A DNA stretch of 64,000 bases from Candidatus Zambryskiibacteriota bacterium. Its GTDB lineage: Bacteria; Patescibacteriota; Minisyncoccia; Phycocordibacterales; WO2-35-19. Shown here in pieces: positions 58,229 to 64,000 of the stretch. The position numbers and the translations under genes are program-made. Position 1 is the stretch's first letter; every line of letters starts with the position of its first letter. The DNA is taken from NCBI GenBank assembly GCA_963840745.1, contig CAWJAC010000005.1:91615-155614 (forward strand), written 5' to 3'. The notes below the pieces were generated by a model. It searched no databases. It saw only the letters and a program-made list of their open reading frames with translations, and was not told the DNA's origin.

Positions 58229-59196
58229 CTAGCGGAGGGAAACAACACCCAAATAGTCGTCGCGATGGCCTGGGCTAGCGGTGTAGACGTCGACGCCGCT
58301 GCGGCCAGCGCTGCCGAGACTCACAAGCCTGCCGCCAGAGGAAAGGGTATTAGACCAATCCCAGTTTTTTTCTAAAATACCTCTATCTTTTTTATTTTTG
58401 AATTGCAGTATCCAGTCGTATATTATTTCAGCCGGGGTACGTCTGTGGTTTTTATTGATCATGAGTTCAGATAATCTCTTGGCAACTTCTTTCCAATTCT
58501 TTTCCCAATCTTTATCTAACATATCTTGAAGTTCTTTTAGAACATCGTCAGTACATTCTTCTTTTTCTTCATCAGAAAGTGACTCTAGATTTAGGAGATA
58601 ATCTCGTAATACTTTAGTCTGCTCTATATAATTTTTACCAGTAGAATTCGGCACAAAATTTTTGCCAACTAATTTCCATTCGGTTTTGACTGAAATTTCT
58701 TTAAAAAATGGCTCATTTATATACCAATCTTGATCATAAAATAGTTTACCTTCTTTATCTTTATCCATCTTTGATTCCATCATTGCTTTCATTTCCAACA
58801 TGGTCATAGAAGCTCCGCTCCCGTTATATTCAATTCTAAGTATTAGGAATTCACCCAATTCTTTGGCTTTCTCCAAAACTTCTGAACTATATGATACGGG
58901 AGGAATTTTGTCAGCAGAAAATTCAAAACCAAAAGCGTTTTTTATCTCTTCCACTCCGTAAAAACTGTCGCCCATAATCTCCTGGGCTTGTTCGTATGAA
59001 GTTTCTAATTCTTCCTCACTTTCAATATTTAATTCTTGCTTTAACTTTATATATTTCTCTTTGATGGTTTTCAACTCTTTTACACTTAAAGCACCTAGGT
59101 CACGGCCCTTTTGTATATGTTCTATTTCTTTAAAAATAGCAGACGAGGAATTTTCGCTTTTTTTCCCTCTTCTTTTTTAATTGGCGATCCTTCCAT
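58229..59196 (-). CDS. DGR-2 variable target protein C (5' end frameshifted)
   Basis: Track ORF 58229-59074. ATG 59196 (MEGSPIKKEEGKK) rejoins if the A7 run (59158-59164 on +) is A8. C-terminus ..NWDWSNTLSSGGRLVSLGSAGRSGVDVYTASPGHRDDYLGVVSLR. Confidence 0.8.
58233..58347 (-). repeat. DGR-2 variable repeat C
   Basis: 16 differences from the TR at TR adenines, plus one synonymous non-A difference (58271). Confidence 0.9.
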
Positions 59197-59206
59197 TTTT
59201 TAAATA

Positions 59207-61282
59207 CTAAAAATTTTGATAATTGGCAATCACTTCTTTTATAAGGTCAGCCAGCTTCTCGGCCATCTCTTCCACCTTAACATTTGCAATGCTATTTGGA
59301 TAATATCTGCCAACATGGTCGGTCCCCCCGCCTATACCCAAGCCTATCAAACGAATATCGCTTTCTTCAAGCACTTGTTTAATCATTTTGCCAAGTTCAT
59401 ATTTTGTTCTCGGATGCATTGAAGATTCTTCGGGTGTTCCATCAGACATAACAATTAAAAATTTTTGATCGGCTTTTTGTTTCTCTAATCTTTTTGAAGC
59501 TTGCTCCAATGCCCAACCGTCATCATTCCATCTGGCCTTCCCCGTATCGCTAGTATCATTTACTTCTTGAAGCATGCCACCCATATGCTCTCTTATAATT
59601 TTTGACATCTGTTCTCCAAAATCTTGATACTCATATATGCGGTCATTGAACCCAAGTATTTCAAGGTTGATCGACAAACGGTTCAAAACTTCCGACAAAA
59701 CAATAACAGCTTTAAAAGTTTCTTCTATTTTATTTCCATTAGACATGGAACCGGAAAGATCAACCAACATGGAAATAGCGTAGTCTTTTTCTTTTGGAAG
59801 TTCTCTCTTTTGCCATGCCTTGCTTTCCATCGCCGGAACTGATTTGGCTTTTTCTTGAATCCTTCTCTTGATGTCTATTCTCTTGCCGGTAGTGAAGCCG
59901 CTTTTCCAGCCCCTGGCTCTACGCTCCACAAATATCTCTCTCAAATCATTTTCAAGTTTGTCTATGAGAGGAAGGACTTCTTTCCTCATTCGTTCATAAA
60001 CATTTTCATCCTTTTTTAATTCTTTAGCCACTCTGTCCTTATATTTTTTCAATTCTTCCTCATCAACTTCTTGTGTTTCTTTTCCGGTTTTTGCTTCTTG
60101 TTCAACTTCTTGTTTTGGCTTAACTTCCGCATCCCGTTCCGCCTTCTTTTCCGGATTATCAGAAAGTTTGCCTTGTAATTCCTCATTGAGAGCTTCTTCA
60201 AATTCTTTCATGGCTTTTTCAGCCTTATCTTTTATTTCTTTTTGCTCTCCTTCAGGAAGAGATTGTATGTACTCTTTTATTTTTTGTTTTAAATCTTTTG
60301 AAAGAGAGTCTAAATCTACAGGTTTGCCCCCCGGAGATTGTTCTTCTTCCATATCTTGTGGCACACCTTCTTTGGCCTGCTTGTCCGCCGTAGCTTCAGC
60401 GGAGGCGGATTCAATAGCTTTTTTAATAGCTTCTTCTAAAGCTTGCTGCTCTTCCGGAGTTAATTTATCTTTTAATTCTTGTGGCATTCCTTTTTCTCCC
60501 TTTTCTTCACCTTCGCCTTTCTCTTTCTGCATATCCTTTAACAATTCTTCCATTTTCTGATCTTCCATATCGGCCTCTACAAGTTTTTTAAATTCCGGCC
60601 AGATCTGATCTCTGTTTATTTGATACGAAAGCTCGGCATATTTTCTGATCAAGCCCTCGCTTTTATCAGCCTCTTGCCTGGAAGGATACCTAAGCCAAGA
60701 ATCTTGTGCTGATAACAAGGTCGCTTCCACCACAGTCTTCACTTCTTCCGGCAAATCAGATGACAATCCAAATTCTTGTCCTTTAGTTTCCCTAAACCAT
60801 TGTTTTATATATTCGAATCCGGCCTGCATAAATCTGGGTTTATATCCCAATTTTTGATCGGCCTTTTCTCTGGCTTTGGCTTCAAAATCCAAATCTTGCT
60901 CGTAAGCCAGACCCATCTGCTCTCCGAATTTTGGATAACTTTCAGCTACAAAGTTGTTATCTCTCGGATCTTCTATGGAGTTCATCATGAAAGAAAACCC
61001 CGGTTGTTTCCATTCTTCAAGAGGAATAAAATCTGTTCGACTGATTCTTCTATGGCCTCCTTCGTGAGAAATAACGAATCTTAAATAATCCATCGGTTTT
61101 TCCAAAAGATCTTTAGGATCAATTCGTATTATGTTATTTTTAAAATCCCAATACCAACCACCGCCAGGTTCATTAAGCTCAATTGGAATACTAAAGTCTT
61201 TGCCTATAAAATATGCCAAAGATGAGAGTGTTTGCTGTTTCTGTTTTATTTCTTCCTGCTGCTGCGGGAGTAAATTGGGCAA
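59207..61282 (-). CDS. vWA domain protein with N-terminal HExxH metallopeptidase-like region and acidic coiled-coil linker
   Basis: VISHEGGHR (HExxH); MIDAS MLVDLSGSMS; long E/K-rich middle segment. 691 aa. Confidence 0.75.
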   Translation of the reverse strand: MPNLLPQQQEEIKQKQQTLSSLAYFIGKDFSIPIELNEPGGGWYWDFKNNIIRIDPKDLLEKPMDYLRFVISHEGGHRRISRTDFIPLEEWKQPGFSFMMNSIEDPRDNNFVAESYPKFGEQMGLAYEQDLDFEAKAREKADQKLGYKPRFMQAGFEYIKQWFRETKGQEFGLSSDLPEEVKTVVEATLLSAQDSWLRYPSRQEADKSEGLIRKYAELSYQINRDQIWPEFKKLVEADMEDQKMEELLKDMQKEKGEGEEKGEKGMPQELKDKLTPEEQQALEEAIKKAIESASAEATADKQAKEGVPQDMEEEQSPGGKPVDLDSLSKDLKQKIKEYIQSLPEGEQKEIKDKAEKAMKEFEEALNEELQGKLSDNPEKKAERDAEVKPKQEVEQEAKTGKETQEVDEEELKKYKDRVAKELKKDENVYERMRKEVLPLIDKLENDLREIFVERRARGWKSGFTTGKRIDIKRRIQEKAKSVPAMESKAWQKRELPKEKDYAISMLVDLSGSMSNGNKIEETFKAVIVLSEVLNRLSINLEILGFNDRIYEYQDFGEQMSKIIREHMGGMLQEVNDTSDTGKARWNDDGWALEQASKRLEKQKADQKFLIVMSDGTPEESSMHPRTKYELGKMIKQVLEESDIRLIGLGIGGGTDHVGRYYPNSIANVKVEEMAEKLADLIKEVIANYQNF

Positions 61283-61436
61283 GAATTTGTTTTTCTCTTT
61301 CTGGTTTTAAAGCTCGGAAAATCTCTCCGGCATTTCTGCAGTTTTATTTTCAGGTGTTTCGCCGTCTAATTTAATGCCTTCCATGGTTTCCATAATACCA
61401 CTTTTATTAATTCTTTTTAACCTGCTAGAATAAGGT

Positions 61437-62040
61437 ATGCCAGACGAAGAAAACATACAACAAACGCCAGAACCACGACAGAAGCACCTGTCCAGCAGGC
61501 AGATTCTATGCCTCGCCGAAATGCCCCCTGTAGCCACCGAAGCCCCCGCAAGCCCGGAGGACCCCTTTCCCGGCCAAAGATGATAATTCCGCAAATGAGC
61601 CATTAGAACAGAATACACAAATTTCTCAACCTGAAATAACGCCCCCTAACCCCCTCTTACCATCCGACGTCCGCTTCCCGGAAAAGCAAGAGGGAAAACC
61701 GGAAACCCCAACAACAGAAAGCGAAATAAAAATTCCCGAACCAACAACCTCTCCCTCGCCAGAGCAGCCAACGGCTCAGATGGTGGCAAGTGAGCCGTTG
61801 GAGAAAAGGCGCGAAAATCTGAGTAAGGCAAATCTAACAAGACAAAATAAGAAGAGAAAGAAAATTGATGTAATTTTAAATTTGTTTGCTGAAAATTCAA
61901 AAATAACAAACGACGAAGTAGAAAAACTTTTGCATGTCTCTGACGCGACGGCGACAAGATATTTGGAAACTTTGGAAAAAGAAGGAAAAATACAACAAGT
62001 CGGAAAAACTGGAAAATATACACATTACGAAAAAATTTGA
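61437..62040 (+). CDS. Pro/Glu-rich protein with C-terminal winged-HTH (frameshifted)
   Basis: Track ORF 61780-62040 (..ITNDEVEKLLHVSDATATRYLETLEKEGKIQQVGKTGKYTHY). The frame stays open upstream to about 61530. ATG 61437 with an AAGG SD is one frame off. Confidence 0.5.
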
Positions 62041-62152
62041 GTAACAAATATGCACTCTAAACGGCTCTTACTAGGTAACGGCTCAAATGGCGGGAAATGA
62101 GTCGTTGTCCCCAAAACTTTTACAAGACCTATTATGGTATAATAAACATAAC

Positions 62153-62629
62153 ATGGCTACACAAAGCATAAAATCTCCATACACAGCCGAAAACGTGGCA
62201 AAGTATCTCATATATCTAGCTTCGCAAGAATTTGTAGGTGACAACAAAGAAAGAGAAGGTATTACTAATTTGAAGCTACAGAAAATTTTGTATTTTGCTC
62301 AGGCGTTTTATCTTGCTAAACTCGGCAAGCCCCTTTTTGCTGATAAAATAGAAGCTTGGGGATATGGGCCTGTCGTGCCTAGTGTCTATAAAAAATTTAA
62401 AGAGAATGGAAGCGACCCGATCATTCTTGAAGAAGACAAATCATCAATTGCTGAAGAAGACAAAGAAAATTTGAAAAGAATATGGAGTACTTTCGGTGGA
62501 TATTCCGCAAGTAGACTTGTTGATATCACACACGCTCACACTCCATGGAAAGAAGCCCACACCTCTCCAACTCAAATAATTTCCCATAAGTCACTTAAAG
62601 AATACTACAGTCCCCTGCTTAACAAGTAG
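62153..62629 (+). CDS. Panacea/SocA (DUF4065) domain protein, putative antitoxin
   Basis: ITNLKLQKILYFAQAFYLAKLGKPLFADKIEAWGYGPVVPSVYKKFK. Start at MATQSI (62153). Confidence 0.75.
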   Translation: MATQSIKSPYTAENVAKYLIYLASQEFVGDNKEREGITNLKLQKILYFAQAFYLAKLGKPLFADKIEAWGYGPVVPSVYKKFKENGSDPIILEEDKSSIAEEDKENLKRIWSTFGGYSASRLVDITHAHTPWKEAHTSPTQIISHKSLKEYYSPLLNK

Positions 62630-62646
62630 CATGGGTAATCCGTGCT

Positions 62647-63043
62647 ATGGAACCAGAGACTCCTACAAAATTTGATTTAAGACAAACTGAATCAAAAGTA
62701 TTTTTTGCTATTTGCGATTGTTCACTTGATAAAAAATATTCCTTCTGGAAATTAAGCAGAGAACAGGCGGAAAAATTTATTAAAAAGACTAAAGTATATA
62801 GAAAAACTAACATGGGGACAATGGATTTCTCTTCCTCGCGAAAGTGGGCTGACTCCAGAAAAACCTGGAACTGAAAGTTTTGGAATGGTAGATGAGCAAA
62901 ACACTTGTGAGAGGAAATTTGTAGAGCAATATTATTTTCATTTTCGTGTAGAGCAAAAAGGTCTTTTTCGCATCTTTGGATATCAGAGGGATCAGTTTTT
63001 CTGCATAATACAAATAGATTTTGACGGTAAAATACACCACTAA
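62647..63043 (+). CDS. putative partner toxin of the Panacea protein (frameshifted)
   Basis: Frame 1 runs 62647 to about 62785, then frame 2 reads ..KLTWGQWISLPRESGLTPEKP...FRVEQKGLFRIFGYQRDQFFCIIQIDFDGKIHH to TAA 63041. Shift in an A5 run. Confidence 0.45.
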
Positions 63044-63069
63044 CGGCTCATTTCCTGCCATTTGAGCCG

Positions 63070-64000
63070 TTAAACCTCGCTAAATCTCAGGGGTCGCATT
63101 TTGTTGAGAGAGACTTCATGCTCTTGCTTTTTTTGGGCGTCGGAGAGGCGCAGGCGCATATCTTGCATGACATTCATATAAGCGATGAAGGCTTCGTAAG
63201 GCGATTCGTAAGGCGAAAAATATTTGTGAACATCGCCATCGTTCCACCATTTGGTGCACATATAATAGAAGTGGTCAGAAGTTTGCAGGCGGCGCCAATC
63301 TTCGATAAGTCCGGATCGTCAATGTGAATTATTTCTTTACCCAAAGCATAAATGGTGTCCAGAGCTTCTTTTTGCAAATCATTTCCAGTCCAAGCCGAAA
63401 GATCGCGCTCGGTATCGGCCCAAGAGACATGGTAAGGCACATCAAGCTCGCCCTTAGCTTCGTAGCGATTTATAACTTCAGACGGAGTGGCAAAATTATT
63501 ATCCGGATGTTTTCAAGATTTCGCCGGGCAAATATTTCAAAAATTCAAATATGCCCGTATCTTCCCACTGATGTTCGCCAAATGTCTCATAATCCATAAA
63601 AAGATTTATGGTATTCGCCGTTGCCGTTATGAGCAGAAATCCAATCGGCAAATTTTGGTGCTGTTAGAGGAAATTCTTTCCAACTCCTCTCGCTAAAACG
63701 AAAAGCGATGTCATCTGAAAGGCGGTAGTGTTTGAGGAGTAATTTTATATTTTCTGTGCCAACTGGCTTGTAAACAAAAGTAGGGCTGCGCCAGCCCAAA
63801 ATACCATCGGCCCCTTCGGCCAAAATACCTTTATAGCCCATGCGCTCCGCCATCTTGGCAATCGCATTAGAATAAATGAGCTCGGTGTTGCGGAAAACAG
63901 AAGGTGTGACTCCGAACAAATCGTGAATTTTTTTGCGATGAAGACCAACTTGGATTTACAAATTCTTCTTCATTATAAATAGAGGCCAGTGAGTGGTGAT
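63070..64000 (-). pseudogene. glycoside hydrolase family 57 (alpha-amylase/branching-enzyme-like), 3' part, at least 4 frame disruptions; continues beyond window
   Basis: Fragments read ..LFGVTPSVFRNTELIYSN..LSDDIAFRFS.., MDYETFGEHQWEDTGIFEFL, YHVSWADTERDLSAWTGN, WRRLQTSDHFYYMCTKWWNDGDVHKYFSPYESPYEAF across different frames. Confidence 0.8.

Larger units (their letters stand above)
62076..63072. mobile_element. ~1-kb two-gene cassette bounded by 31-bp inverted repeats
   Basis: Left taacggctcaaatggcgggaaatgagtcgtt (62076-62106). The reverse complement of the right end (63041-63072) is taacggctcaaatggcaggaaatgagccgtta: 29/31 identical. Each end is itself a hairpin. Confidence 0.6.

Noticed and set aside
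61307-62047. Minus-strand track ORFs 61307-61618 and 61646-62047.
   Set aside because: Their translations are low-complexity and F/L/R-rich. They lie antisense to a + strand ORF that ends in a convincing winged-HTH domain and has an SD-preceded ATG.
62087-63061. ORF starts reading MAGNE(S/P)L at 62087 (+) and 63061 (-).
   Set aside because: Both arise from the same ATG inside the two inverted-repeat ends. The Panacea protein aligns from MATQSI (62153). The minus-strand ORF 62807-63061 has no coding-like composition.
1-64000. CRISPR arrays or rRNA genes.
   Set aside because: No regularly spaced direct repeats were seen. The repeated hairpins are irregularly spaced and differ in their loops. 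No rRNA-like conserved stretches were noticed.

Overview
This is a 64-kb window from a low-GC, gene-dense bacterial genome. The gene content looks like a Candidate Phyla Radiation / Parcubacteria-type organism, but that is inference only: I see no rRNA and could run no database search.

Bases 1-26,300 are mostly core genes:
- a sensor histidine kinase and a PIF1-type helicase
- trpS, aspS, gltX and cysS
- scpA and scpB
- a dac-mraY-ftsW-murG cell-wall cluster, an M23 peptidase and murJ
- rpmA, rplI and lepA
- an S41 protease, corA and tRNA-Gly(CCC)

The rest is largely accessory. The strongest signals are two diversity-generating retroelements (DGRs) that I aligned by eye.
- DGR-1 (27.8-31.2 kb) has an RT, an Avd-like protein, one template repeat (TR) and one variable repeat (VR) in a DUF1566/C-type-lectin-like target. 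All 9 TR/VR differences fall at TR adenines. A DinD/Bro-N gene sits between VR and TR.
- DGR-2 (50.2-61.3 kb) has an RT, a divergent Avd, one TR and three VRs. The VRs are in three paralogous targets with no signal peptide. These targets are interleaved with a MoxR AAA+ ATPase, a vWA/HExxH protein and two Fic genes. I rank this locus as the most interesting candidate system.

Other accessory content:
- a roughly 6.7-kb tail-fibre-like giant surface gene with an internal S74 chaperone domain
- a RAYT/IS200-like transposase with a 40-bp perfect palindrome, plus a second copy of one arm 41 kb away
- a cluster of three perfect DnaA-box 9-mers in an AT-rich gap
- HicAB and RelE/Phd toxin-antitoxin pairs
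- a Panacea(SocA)-domain two-gene cassette bounded by 31-bp inverted repeats
- NYN and Zn-ribbon-PD-(D/E)XK nuclease genes, and families of repeated hairpins

Major caveat: I count about 25 or more single-base frame disruptions, mostly at short homopolymers, plus one in-frame TGA at a conserved Trp of gltX. Many genes are therefore split in the ORF track. Whether this is sequencing error or real gene decay cannot be decided from the sequence alone.
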